DNA of 64,000 nucleotides. Origin: Elainellaceae cyanobacterium (GTDB taxonomy: Bacteria > Cyanobacteriota > Cyanobacteriia > CAKZMO01). This document shows positions 1 to 9,200 of the stretch, piece after piece. The stretch's first letter is position 1. Every line of letters begins with the position of its first letter. A program made the position numbers and the translations under genes. The notes beneath the pieces are model-generated. The model worked only from the letters and a program-made list of their open reading frames with translations, was not told the origin of the DNA and did no database searches. Where the stretch lies: NCBI GenBank assembly GCA_049647405.1, contig JBARXP010000451.1:14771-78770 (forward strand), written 5' to 3'.

Positions 1-322
1 CACCAATAATGACTAGATCGTAATCAAATGACTGACTCACTGCGGTTTCCTTGACTGGACTAAATGTTCTCTTAATGAACGAAGACTTAAGAATAGAAGA
101 TCCGTAAAATCAAAATTCAGATTGGGGTCGGCAACAAAGAGGGAGCACGTCCCCACCAAAACTTGAACCTTATTGTTCGTTCCCAGCTTCTGCTCCCAAC
201 TCCCGCTCCCAGCTTCTCTATCGATTTTATCGATACTCAAAGAAGCTAGACGCTCTAAGGGAAAACATAGCGTTTACGGTGTATGTATTAATACCCTAGC
301 CCCAAATTTATAAAGAAGCCTT

Positions 323-1969
323 CTAATTCTCAACCGGAGTCGTCCCTTTCGGCAACCGATTTGCCCAGATTTGACCCTGACGAATGAATTGAGCGGGTAG
401 TTCTGGACAACTTCCCCAATGAAGATGCACATAGGATGCGTGAAGATTTTGCCAGAGCCAACCTTCGGAAAAGGTAGAGCCGTTGGGATCAAATCCCCGT
501 AATTGATAGAGTTCTAAGGGATCATTTTGATCTGTGGATTGACCCTCACCCGATCGAGCAGACAGACGGTCAGGCTCTGAGCATGGGGGCGTCAGATTCT
601 GAAGAGACAGGATTTTTTTTGCGCGTTGTGTTTTTGCGCGTTGTGAATGATCGGATCGGGTGTCTAAGTTGTCTGACGACGATATCGAATCGCTTAAATG
701 TATCGAACTGCTCAAACTTGAGCGATGAAACTCGTGCCCCCAAACCTCTTGCCCTCGTCTCATCAGAGGGGAGTCATGCTGGGCGATCGCCCGTCGATAG
801 CCCAGGGTCAATCGTTTGCCCATGTGAACGGTGAACGGGAGCGTGCCCACCATCGGCCACGGGCGATGGTCAAAGTCGATGAGCGTCTCACACAGATACA
901 TCAAGCCTCCACATTCGGCGTAGGTCGGCATCCCAGCGGCGATCGCCTGCTTCACCGCCTGACGAGCCGATTGATTGTCTGCCAGGGTCGCCGCAAATAC
1001 TTCTGGGAAGCCGCCGCCAAAATAGAGTCCACTGACATCGGACGGCAGAACCGGATCGGTCATGGGACTCCACTCGACCAGCTCGGCTCCTAAGTCTTGC
1101 AGCAGATCTAAATTGTCAGCGTAGTAGAAGCTAAAGGCGCGATCGCGCGCGATCGCAATACGCGGACGAGCCGTATTGGCAGGATTCAAGGAAATCTGAA
1201 GCGCTGGGGTTTCTGGAGTTGAAGAATTCTGTCCCGTTAGATTTGCCTTCGATTGCCTCGAAGTCTGAAGCAGGGGGTGAAGCACATCCCAATCGAAACA
1301 CGTCCGTCCGAGGTGGGCGAGCTGTTCAACAATGCGGTCGAGTTCTGGCAATTCGTCGGTGGGGATCAGTCCCAAATGTCGATCGGGCAGCGTGACGGCC
1401 TGATCTCGACGGATGACCCCCACAATCGGCAAATTCAAGGGCTCAAGAGCCTGCCGCAGCATCTGCTCGTGGCGATCGCTGCCCACCTGATTGAGCACCA
1501 GTCCGGCGAGCTGAATGCGGGGATCAAAAGATTGGTAGCCAAGGGCGATCGCCCCCACGGAGCGCGACAAACGACGACAGTCGAGCACTAAGACAACTGG
1601 AATATCGAGAAGGCGGGCAATGTGAGCCGTGCTGCCGATATCTTCTCGTCCTGAGGCTCCATCAAATAAGCCCATGACTCCTTCGACCAAGGCATAAGCC
1701 GCAGTCTGACTATGCTCACCAAAACACTGCTGGACATAGATCTCCGACGTGAGAATTGGATCAAGATTTCGGCAAGGGCGACCCGTGACATAGCGGTGAA
1801 ACATCGGATCAATGTAGTCGGGGCCAACCTTAAACGACTGCACCCCGTGATCTTCATCTGCCAGCGGAAACCCCTGAGCCGCATCTGAGCGACAAAGGGC
1901 AGCCAGCAGAGCAAGAGTCACCGTTGTTTTGCCAACGCCACTGCGCTCTCCCGCAACTATCAGTGCCAT
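323..1969 (-). CDS. cobB: cobyrinate a,c-diamide synthase (CobB/CbiA family) with ~90-aa extra C-terminal tail
   Basis: 548-aa ORF; N-terminal P-loop GERSGVGKTT and CbiA ATPase domain, C-terminal glutamine amidotransferase domain ending ...WGHEFHRS, followed by a Ser-rich/basic tail not typical of the family. Confidence 0.8.
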   Translation of the reverse strand: MALIVAGERSGVGKTTVTLALLAALCRSDAAQGFPLADEDHGVQSFKVGPDYIDPMFHRYVTGRPCRNLDPILTSEIYVQQCFGEHSQTAAYALVEGVMGLFDGASGREDIGSTAHIARLLDIPVVLVLDCRRLSRSVGAIALGYQSFDPRIQLAGLVLNQVGSDRHEQMLRQALEPLNLPIVGVIRRDQAVTLPDRHLGLIPTDELPELDRIVEQLAHLGRTCFDWDVLHPLLQTSRQSKANLTGQNSSTPETPALQISLNPANTARPRIAIARDRAFSFYYADNLDLLQDLGAELVEWSPMTDPVLPSDVSGLYFGGGFPEVFAATLADNQSARQAVKQAIAAGMPTYAECGGLMYLCETLIDFDHRPWPMVGTLPFTVHMGKRLTLGYRRAIAQHDSPLMRRGQEVWGHEFHRSSLSSSIHLSDSISSSDNLDTRSDHSQRAKTQRAKKILSLQNLTPPCSEPDRLSARSGEGQSTDQNDPLELYQLRGFDPNGSTFSEGWLWQNLHASYVHLHWGSCPELPAQFIRQGQIWANRLPKGTTPVEN

Positions 1970-2161
1970 ATCAATCCTCGCCTCACGTCATGCAGAATTG
2001 TTGCGAAACATTACCATCTGTTTCAAGATGTCCCTCTCTTCTAGACCCTGACCCTCTCCCAGATTCCTCGCTGCTTTACACTGAAAAGTCAGAAACGCCC
2101 ACAGCTCACACAAATGCTGCCGTTGGCGATCGCCCCTACGAGGGGAATCCGTTAGCGTTTT

Positions 2162-2315
2162 AGAGGATGTTTGAGAAGTCGTCAATGCGACTTCAGATCC
2201 CCCCTAGCCCCCCTTAAGAAGGGGGGAACCGGAATCAAAGTCCCCCTTCTTAAGGGGGATTTAGGGGGATCAGTCTTGTTCCAGCGTGTTGTTTAATACG
2301 TTTCAAACATCCTCT
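2162..2315. mobile_element. MITE-like palindromic element: perfect 13-bp terminal inverted repeats AGAGGATGTTTGA / TCAAACATCCTCT flanking two C5/G5 hairpins (ccccttaagaagggg, ccccttcttaagggg) and GGGATTTAGGGGGATC
   Basis: Directly read: left TIR 2162-2174, right TIR 2303-2315; interior is itself an imperfect inverted repeat; no ORF; lies in cobB/menF divergent intergenic region. Confidence 0.5.
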
Positions 2316-2373
2316 TAGCTAATGTCAAAGGGCAGAGCCGTTCTGTTTCTCGGAAATCGCTGTTGATAACCTT

Positions 2374-4191
2374 ATGATTGTCACGCCTCATCGAGAAGAT
2401 CCATTTTTAAGCATCCGCAACTTTGATGATTTTTTTGTCGCTGTTCAACAGTCGCTTCGAGATCGGTTAGACGAGCAACCCCATGCAACATCGCAGTCGA
2501 TTCGCACGACAGATTTAGGAAGCAATGCGGGAACTGCCGGATTCATCGGCTCGGCTGCGATCGCCCAAGTGGCTCAGATCGTGAGTCTATCGGTGCCGCT
2601 CTATGGCGTCGATCCGCTGAAGGCACTGGATGCCATCGCAACGGCAAATGAAGAATATTTTTATTGGGAAAATGGGCGTCGGGGCGAAGCCATTGCGGCG
2701 ATCGGCAATGTGGCCGGAATGCACGTGGGTGGGGGCGATCGCATGGCGCGAGCCAAGCGATTTATTCGCCAATGTTTTGCTCAAACCTTAACGATTGGCG
2801 ATGTCGATTGTCCGTTTGCAGGAGCCCGGTTTTTCTGCCGCTTTACATTTTTCGACCAGCCGTCGTCATCAGGCCAATCAGGGTTCAGTCAGCAGGACAT
2901 TGAGATTCCGTATCGGGCGAATGTGGATGCTGACCGATTCGGCGATGCAGAGCCTACAAGTTTAAGAGAATCAGATTGGGAATCCCTAGATTCAGAAGCC
3001 TATTCGTTCCCGAGTTCAAGCTGTCCTGAATTTGCGTTTGCGCCCGCCAGCCTGATTTTGCCCCAGTGGCAGGTCGCCAGTCGAGGAAGCCTGGGTAGTT
3101 TTGTGGCCAATTTGCCGCTGACCTCAAAAACTGATTTGCGCGCCGCCTGCACCCAAATTTGGACAACCTTCAATCGGGTGCGATCGCTTACCGACCGACG
3201 GCGATCGCACCGAACTCCGGCCCAGATACAGCGACTGCGAGGCTGGCATTCGGGCGAACATCTGAGCGACCCTTCGGGCGAGCATTTGAGCGAACATTTG
3301 AGCGAACGTTTGAGCGAACACCTGGGAAAATCAGAACGCGAATCAGAACCCTCGGCTCAGATTCCTCATCTCTCAACTCAAGAGCGGGTGCATGTGGAAC
3401 AGTCTGTCCAAGCGGTGCTAGACGCCATTCAAACCCATGAGCTGAGTAAAGCCGTGATGGCGCATAAGCTCGATGTTTCTCTCGCCAATCCGCTGCATAT
3501 CCCCACGGTGATCCAAACCCTGCGCCAGATTCATGCCGACTGCTATCTGTTTGCGACGCAAAATCAGCACGGTCAAACGTTTTTGGGAGCCAGCCCCGAA
3601 CGGTTGCTGAGCGTTCACCGAGGCGAATTGACCACAGAGGCGATCGCCGGATCTGCCCCGCGCGGCGACACGCCCTCAGAAGATGCCCGCCTTGCCAACA
3701 GACTGTTGTCGAGCCTGAAGGAGCAGCATGAGCACCAGCTCGTGGTGGACTTTATCAGCCAGCAGCTTGAAGCCCTGGGTCTGAAAACTCAGCGATCGCC
3801 GTTCCCCTGTCTGCTTCAGCTTTCCAATATTCAGCATCTGCAAACGCCGATCTACGCCCAACTTTCAGAGAATCTGCATCCTCTAGATTTGGTGGCTGCG
3901 CTGCACCCGACTCCGGCGGTGGCAGGTGTGCCTCGCCAACGAGCCTGTGACTATATTCGCCGCTACGAGTCGTTTGAGCGATCGCTCTATGCGGCTCCCT
4001 TTGGCTGGGTCGATGCCCAGGGCAACAGCGAATTTTTAGTCGGCATCCGATCGGCTCTGCTTGATGGCAATCATGCTCGACTGTATGCCGGAGCTGGTAT
4101 TGTTCAAGGATCTGACCCAGCTCAAGAGCTAGCCGAAATTGAGCTAAAGCTGCGAGCGCTGTTTAGCACGTTGATTCAGCCCAATTTGTAA
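2374..4191 (+). CDS. menF: isochorismate synthase (MenF, phylloquinone pathway), with internal low-complexity insertion
   Basis: 605-aa ORF; C-terminal chorismate-binding domain motifs (AALHPTPAVAGVP, FLVGIRSAL, AGAGIV, ELKLRAL); longer than typical MenF because of repeat insertion at 3253-3324. Confidence 0.8.
   Translation: MIVTPHREDPFLSIRNFDDFFVAVQQSLRDRLDEQPHATSQSIRTTDLGSNAGTAGFIGSAAIAQVAQIVSLSVPLYGVDPLKALDAIATANEEYFYWENGRRGEAIAAIGNVAGMHVGGGDRMARAKRFIRQCFAQTLTIGDVDCPFAGARFFCRFTFFDQPSSSGQSGFSQQDIEIPYRANVDADRFGDAEPTSLRESDWESLDSEAYSFPSSSCPEFAFAPASLILPQWQVASRGSLGSFVANLPLTSKTDLRAACTQIWTTFNRVRSLTDRRRSHRTPAQIQRLRGWHSGEHLSDPSGEHLSEHLSERLSEHLGKSERESEPSAQIPHLSTQERVHVEQSVQAVLDAIQTHELSKAVMAHKLDVSLANPLHIPTVIQTLRQIHADCYLFATQNQHGQTFLGASPERLLSVHRGELTTEAIAGSAPRGDTPSEDARLANRLLSSLKEQHEHQLVVDFISQQLEALGLKTQRSPFPCLLQLSNIQHLQTPIYAQLSENLHPLDLVAALHPTPAVAGVPRQRACDYIRRYESFERSLYAAPFGWVDAQGNSEFLVGIRSALLDGNHARLYAGAGIVQGSDPAQELAEIELKLRALFSTLIQPNL
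3253..3324 (+). repeat. in-frame 12-bp tandem repeat (gagcgaacaTTTg variants, ~5-6 units) encoding (E/G)HLS(E/D) repeats inside menF
   Basis: Directly read: ggcgaacatctgagcgac...gagcatttgagcgaacatttgagcgaacgtttgagcgaacacctg; protein GEHLSDPSGEHLSEHLSERLSEHLG. Confidence 0.75.
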
Positions 4192-4457
4192 GAATTCGGG
4201 ATCTCATGGCAATTGTGGATTTTTTTGATCCTCTCTAACCCTCCTTAAAAAGTAGGGAACCGGATCGCCCTAAATCCCAGACTCATCTCTTCCGAATTGC
4301 CCCAGCCGTCCTGATTCAATAATTTCTTTCAAGAAATTTTAAAAAAGGTAACAGGGCACGCTTCACTCCGATGTCATTTGAGAACATTGAGGAGAGAGGT
4401 TCCTCTCACTTTCAAAATTTGCATCCTGCTAATGGGTGAGCCAAAGAGGTGAGATTG

Positions 4458-4664
4458 ATGAATTTTAAGTGCATCCTGTGTTCGAGTGTCATTACCTGCG
4501 TCATCGGAGCCATTTTGGGGCTGGGCGTTGCAGAGGTTAATCGCGATGATCCGAATCCGAATGCGGCGCTCCACTATGCGATGATTGGCTCTGCCATGGG
4601 CTTAGTCGTAGGCGGCGGCCAAGAAGCGCTGCGCCAACTAGAGCGCGATCGCGTCGAAGGCTAA
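4458..4664 (+). CDS. small hydrophobic hypothetical protein (single TM segment)
   Basis: ATG at 4458 preceded by AGAGGTGAG Shine-Dalgarno-like motif; hydrophobic stretch CILCSSVITCVIGAILGLGVA; no recognisable family. Confidence 0.35.
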   Translation: MNFKCILCSSVITCVIGAILGLGVAEVNRDDPNPNAALHYAMIGSAMGLVVGGGQEALRQLERDRVEG

Positions 4665-4775
4665 GGTAATTTTCGATCAAGAATGTACTTGCTGTAGGGT
4701 GCCGTTAGCGCAGCGTAACGCACCGATGGCGGGTCAAACCTTTCAAGAAAACGCCTAAGCCTCTCCCATCAATGC

Positions 4776-6380
4776 TCAACTTGATTCATCGGGTTTAGGG
4801 GAAGATTCATCGGGTTTAGGGGAATCAGAGTTCTCTTCTTCCTCGTCCGTTTCTTTCCATGAGCCAGACGCCTCGGCTGCACGGGGGAGCGATCGCTCTT
4901 TTTCTTTGGGATAGGGCTCTTTTGGATAAGGCTTCTGAGGCGAGGGAGTCGCTGGAGACACTAGTTCTAGCTGTCCCTGTGAAGGTCGCTGAGCCGTCAC
5001 AGAATCAGGACGCTTGGGTGGTTTTCTGCGTCGTCGCGATACATTTTCTTCGGCAGTTTCTTCCGCTACCACCTCATAGAGCCGAGCCTGTTTTTGGCCA
5101 GAGCCCTTGCGCAAAATGCGCCCCAGTCGCTGAATATATTCGCGGGCTGAGCCTGTGCCCGACAGCAGCACAGCAATGCTGGCGGCGGGCACGTCTACGC
5201 CTTCGTTAAGCACATGGGAGGCCACCAAGACGCGGTACGTTCCGGCTCGAAACTGTTGCAGAATGTCGTGGCGCTCTTTTACCGGAGTCTGGTGGGTAAT
5301 GGCGGGAATCAAAAAATCTTGCGAAATCCGATACACAGTGGCATTGTCATTGGTGAAAATCAGCGTCTGTTCGGGATAGTGCTCAGTCAGCAAGTCCGCC
5401 AATATTCGCAGCTTTCCTTCAGTGCCGAGGGCGATCGCCCGTGATTCGCGGTGAGCCAGCATGGCGCGGCGGCCAGATTTTGAGCAAGCACTAGCTTTGA
5501 CAAAGCGCTGCCAGCCCTGCAAGCTGCCCAGCCAGATATTGGCCTCTTGTAAAAACGCGTTGCGCGTTTGGATGAGGCGATCGTAGCGATCGCGCTCCTG
5601 CTCAGAAAGCTTGACTTTAATTTGCACAATCGTATGGTCGGCCAGAGTATGTCCGGCCAGGTCTTCAGCCGTGCGGTGATAGACCACTGAACCCAGCAGC
5701 GTATCTAGATCGGCATGGCGACCGTCAGAGCGATCGGGGGTTGCCGTCAGTCCTAAGCGGTAAGGGGCGATCGCATATTCGGCAATGACGCGATTAAAGT
5801 CGCTGGGCAGATGATGGCACTCATCGCAAATCAGCAGGGCGTAGCGATTGCCGATTTTCTCCGCATGAATCGCCGCGCTGTCGTAAGTCGCCACCAAAAT
5901 AGAGCTTTTGTCTCGCGAGCCGCCGCCCAACAGCCCCACATCGGCATCGGGAAAGGCTGCGGTCAGGTGAGCATACCACTGGTGCATCAAATCCAGGGTC
6001 GGTACAGTAATGAGAGTACTGCGGGGGGTGGCCTGCATCGCCATCTGAGCCAGATAGGTTTTTCCGGCGGCGGTTGGCAACACCACCACACCCTGGCGGC
6101 CAGCGACAACCCAGGCGTCTAGCGCCTCTTGCTGGTGAGGATATGGACTCATCTCCAGACTCGGCTTTAGATCCAGAGCGTCAAAGGCTTTGGCGTTATC
6201 TTCGAACGGGGTAGATTCGGCCTGAAGCGTTTCGATCAGCTTGCGATACTGAATCGCCGGAACCCGAAAGCGCTCAATTCGATCATCCCAAGTGGCGTAA
6301 TCGATCCACTCTTTGCCACGGGGAGGCGGATGCAAAATAAGCGTGCCCCGGTCAAATTTTAGTTTTGAGGTTCGCGCCAT
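4776..6380 (-). CDS. XPB/Ssl2(RAD25)-like SF2 DNA helicase with repetitive acidic C-terminal tail
   Basis: 534-aa ORF; helicase motif I VVLPTAAGKTYLA, motif II ICDECHH (DExH), motif VI QRLGRILR; N-terminal MARTSKLKFDRGTLIL typical of bacterial XPB homologues; tail PKEPYPKE...SPKPDESSPKPDESS. Confidence 0.75.
   Translation of the reverse strand: MARTSKLKFDRGTLILHPPPRGKEWIDYATWDDRIERFRVPAIQYRKLIETLQAESTPFEDNAKAFDALDLKPSLEMSPYPHQQEALDAWVVAGRQGVVVLPTAAGKTYLAQMAMQATPRSTLITVPTLDLMHQWYAHLTAAFPDADVGLLGGGSRDKSSILVATYDSAAIHAEKIGNRYALLICDECHHLPSDFNRVIAEYAIAPYRLGLTATPDRSDGRHADLDTLLGSVVYHRTAEDLAGHTLADHTIVQIKVKLSEQERDRYDRLIQTRNAFLQEANIWLGSLQGWQRFVKASACSKSGRRAMLAHRESRAIALGTEGKLRILADLLTEHYPEQTLIFTNDNATVYRISQDFLIPAITHQTPVKERHDILQQFRAGTYRVLVASHVLNEGVDVPAASIAVLLSGTGSAREYIQRLGRILRKGSGQKQARLYEVVAEETAEENVSRRRRKPPKRPDSVTAQRPSQGQLELVSPATPSPQKPYPKEPYPKEKERSLPRAAEASGSWKETDEEEENSDSPKPDESSPKPDESS
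4783..4824 (-). repeat. perfect 21-bp tandem duplication (gattcatcgggtttaggggaa x2) encoding SPKPDES x2 at the helicase C-terminus
   Basis: Directly read on plus strand; in frame in the 4776..6380 ORF. Confidence 0.8.
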
Positions 6381-6549
6381 AGCCCTGATTTTGACAGCGG
6401 GTGCAAGGATTAAATCTGAAACTATTATCTAAGCCTATTCATTTACGGCTTCAGCCGACTTCTGATGAACATTGTAGAGAACAGAGAGATTCGCTTATGC
6501 TCAGATGAGTGCCGATACGATTTGATTTCAGGTGTTGAGGAGAGATAGC

Positions 6550-7650
6550 GTGACGAAAAATCTGATTTTTGGCATTTTACTGATCTTTATTCCCATATCG
6601 ATTGCGGCTCACTATCTGGGCTGGAGCGAATTGGCGATTTTTGCCACCGCAGCCCTCGCCATCTTGCCCCTAGCCGCATGGATGGGAACCGCAACCGAAG
6701 AAATTGCCGTTGTTTCTGGGCCGACGCTGGGCGGGCTCCTCAACGCCACGTTTGGCAATGCCACAGAACTGATCATTGCCCTGATTGCTCTGCGAGCAGG
6801 ACTCGTTGGAGTTGTCAAAGCTAGCATCACCGGGTCGATCATCGGCAACCTGCTGCTTGTCATGGGCTTATCCATGCTGCTGGGCGGCATTCGCTACAAA
6901 GAACAAGATTTTCAGCCCGTGGTGGCGCGGGTCAATGCTTCAGCCATGAACTTAGCCGTTGTCGCGATGCTGCTGCCCACAGCCGTCAACTATACCTCCG
7001 ACGGCATTCCGGAAGAGACGCTCCAGAGTTTATCTGTCGCGGTTGCGATCGTGCTGATCACGGTCTATGGCCTGACTCTACTCTTTTCCATGAAGACTCA
7101 CAGCTATCTCTGCGATGTGGTTGAAGCAGAGCACGAGGGAGAAGAGGGGCAAGGGGAAGGCGGCGAGCCTAGCAAACCGAACATACGGCTCTGGATTGGA
7201 GTGTTGTTCGCAGCTACGGTGCTCGTGGCGATCGAGTCAGAGTTTCTTGTCAGCTCTCTCGAAACGGCGACAGAGGAGATCGGCCTGACTAGTCTGTTTA
7301 CCGGAGTTATCATATTGCCGATTATTGGCAACGCGGCAGAACATACCACCGCCGTCACCGTCGCCATGAAAGACAAGATGGATCTGTCGTTTGCGGTGGC
7401 GGTCGGTTCGACCATGCAGATCGCCCTGTTTGTCGCGCCGCTGCTGGTGATTATCGGGTGGCTGATCGGTCAGCCGATGGATCTCGATTTCAACCCTTTT
7501 GAGTTAGTCTCTGTTGCTGTCGCGGTGCTGATTGCCAATTCAGTCAGCTCAGACGGACACTCAAACTGGCTGGAAGGCGCGTTGTTGCTGGCGACCTATG
7601 CCGTAATTGGACTGGCATTTTTCTATCATCCGGCGATCGCAGGCATCTAG
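6550..7650 (+). CDS. Ca2+/H+ exchanger (CaCA/CAX family)
   Basis: Duplicated alpha-repeat signatures [12 protein letters not shown] and [10 protein letters not shown], ~11 TM segments, central acidic loop [15 protein letters not shown]; GTG start at 6550 chosen (GAGGAGAG SD 6 nt upstream); ORF track extends to GTG 6532. Confidence 0.8.
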   Translation: MTKNLIFGILLIFIPISIAAHYLGWSELAIFATAALAILPLAAWMGTATEEIAVVSGPTLGGLLNATFGNATELIIALIALRAGLVGVVKASITGSIIGNLLLVMGLSMLLGGIRYKEQDFQPVVARVNASAMNLAVVAMLLPTAVNYTSDGIPEETLQSLSVAVAIVLITVYGLTLLFSMKTHSYLCDVVEAEHEGEEGQGEGGEPSKPNIRLWIGVLFAATVLVAIESEFLVSSLETATEEIGLTSLFTGVIILPIIGNAAEHTTAVTVAMKDKMDLSFAVAVGSTMQIALFVAPLLVIIGWLIGQPMDLDFNPFELVSVAVAVLIANSVSSDGHSNWLEGALLLATYAVIGLAFFYHPAIAGI

Positions 7651-7655
7651 CTGTC

Positions 7656-9029
7656 TTAAACCACTCGATTTTGGCGAATGCATTCGGCATACCAGTGAAA
7701 GCTAGACTTGGGAATGCGGCGCTGGCTGGCGTAGTCGATGTAGGTTAACCCAAAGCGGCGATCGTAGCCATAGGCCCACTCAAAATTGTCCATGAAGCTC
7801 CAGGCAAAGTAGCCGTGCAGGGGATAGCCTTCGGCGATCGCCCGATGAGCGGCTCGCAAATATTCCCGCATGAAGAAAATGCGATCGCAGTCCAGCACTT
7901 CTCCCGCTGGGGTGACCTCGTCCTGCACGGCACAGCCATTTTCGGTGATGAGAATGGGCAGATCGGGGCGGTGCAGCGTGTCGCTGATATGCCGAATTCC
8001 CCAATAAAGGGCATCGGGAGTGACGTGCAGCCACGGCATGTGCAGCCGGGGATAGCTTGTGGGCAGTGGCAGCAGTTCGTACCCTTGAGCGTTCTCTGCG
8101 GCTCGCACATATTGCCCAGAGTAGATGTTGAAGCCCAGGGCATCGAGCGGCTGAGTAATGATGTCGAGGTCGCCCGGTTGAATGTCGGGGGCATTGTCGC
8201 CTAATCTCTCCAGGAGGGAAGAACTATAGGCTCCGGTCAGCGCCGGGACAATGATGCCGCCGTTAGCCCACAGATCAGGAAACGCCTTCTGAGCGGCCTC
8301 GATATCGGCCTCAGATTCGGTCAGCGGAATCGGCACCGCAAAATTATCGACCCAGCTCACCGAGCAAGGCACGGGGGAGGCCGCCCGAATCGCCTGACAG
8401 CCGAGGCCGTGGGCTAGCAAAGCATGATGCGACGTTTGCCAGATATCTTTGACGCGTTCAACTCGCTTGCCAGGAGCATGGGCTGGCTGGCTGTCAACGC
8501 CATAGCTGAGATGGGTGAAGCAAGAAATTTCGTTGAGGGTAAACCAATGGGTGACGCGATCGCCCAAATGCTTCACCACGACAGAAACATAGTCTGCAAA
8601 ATCCTGGGCAATTTCCCGACTTTGCCAAGAGCCGTAGGCATCGTCTAGAGCCTGGGGCGTATCCCAGTGATAGAGGGTAGCGTGGGGCGTGATGCCGTGG
8701 GCTAACAGCTCATCGACCAAGTGGCTGTAGAAATCCAAGCCCTCAGCATTGACTGATCCCCGCCCCTCTGGAATAATTCGAGGCCATGCAATACTAAACC
8801 GATAGTGTTTGATCCCCAGCTCAGCCATCAGCTTCACGTCGTCTCGATAGCGATGGTAATGGTCGCAGGCGATCGCCCCTGTGTCGCCATTGAGCACATT
8901 TCCCTCAATCGCGCTGAAGGTATCCCAAACGCTGGGTTTGCGTCCGTCTTTCTGGCTTGCCCCTTCGATTTGATAAGAAGCCGTCGCTGCGCCCCACTGA
9001 AAATTGGCCGGAAATAGGTAACTCGTCAT
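7656..9029 (-). CDS. GH1 beta-glucosidase
   Basis: 457-aa ORF; N-terminal FPANFQWGAATASYQIEGA, catalytic TLNE and ITENG motifs of glycoside hydrolase family 1. Confidence 0.8.
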   Translation of the reverse strand: MTSYLFPANFQWGAATASYQIEGASQKDGRKPSVWDTFSAIEGNVLNGDTGAIACDHYHRYRDDVKLMAELGIKHYRFSIAWPRIIPEGRGSVNAEGLDFYSHLVDELLAHGITPHATLYHWDTPQALDDAYGSWQSREIAQDFADYVSVVVKHLGDRVTHWFTLNEISCFTHLSYGVDSQPAHAPGKRVERVKDIWQTSHHALLAHGLGCQAIRAASPVPCSVSWVDNFAVPIPLTESEADIEAAQKAFPDLWANGGIIVPALTGAYSSSLLERLGDNAPDIQPGDLDIITQPLDALGFNIYSGQYVRAAENAQGYELLPLPTSYPRLHMPWLHVTPDALYWGIRHISDTLHRPDLPILITENGCAVQDEVTPAGEVLDCDRIFFMREYLRAAHRAIAEGYPLHGYFAWSFMDNFEWAYGYDRRFGLTYIDYASQRRIPKSSFHWYAECIRQNRVV

Positions 9030-9200
9030 TCAGATTTAAAGACTCTCAACGCATCATCAGTAAACTAAAAGCTGTGGCAGAATGCTCGGCATCACTCCAC
9101 AATCATCACTCCACGACCATCATAAAAGCGCGATGACATTGTGAGATGACATCGTGATGCGTCCCGGTGATGCGTTCCGTTCGTCATCCCCAAAACCCCT

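Noticed and set aside
1-322. Direct repeats TCCCAGCTTCT x2 and ATCGATTTTATCGAT near the window start, and the 67-aa ORF at 37..240
   Set aside because: They are too short and isolated to interpret. The region is truncated by the window edge and the ORF is low-complexity.
583-1093. Plus-strand ORFs (83 aa, 122 aa) inside cobB, and similar antisense ORFs inside bglA, plsY, GDE, secY, rpoA and others
   Set aside because: They are fully embedded antisense to strongly supported genes. This is typical of GC-rich frames and there is no independent support.
2160-2320. CRISPR-like repeats (the G5/C5 hairpin blocks)
   Set aside because: Only two mirrored units form a single palindromic element with TIRs. 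There is no regular repeat-spacer periodicity and no cas genes.
1970-2373. B12 riboswitch upstream of cobB
   Set aside because: No B12-box (GCCACTG) or conserved riboswitch core was found on the cobB strand. The region is instead occupied by the MITE.
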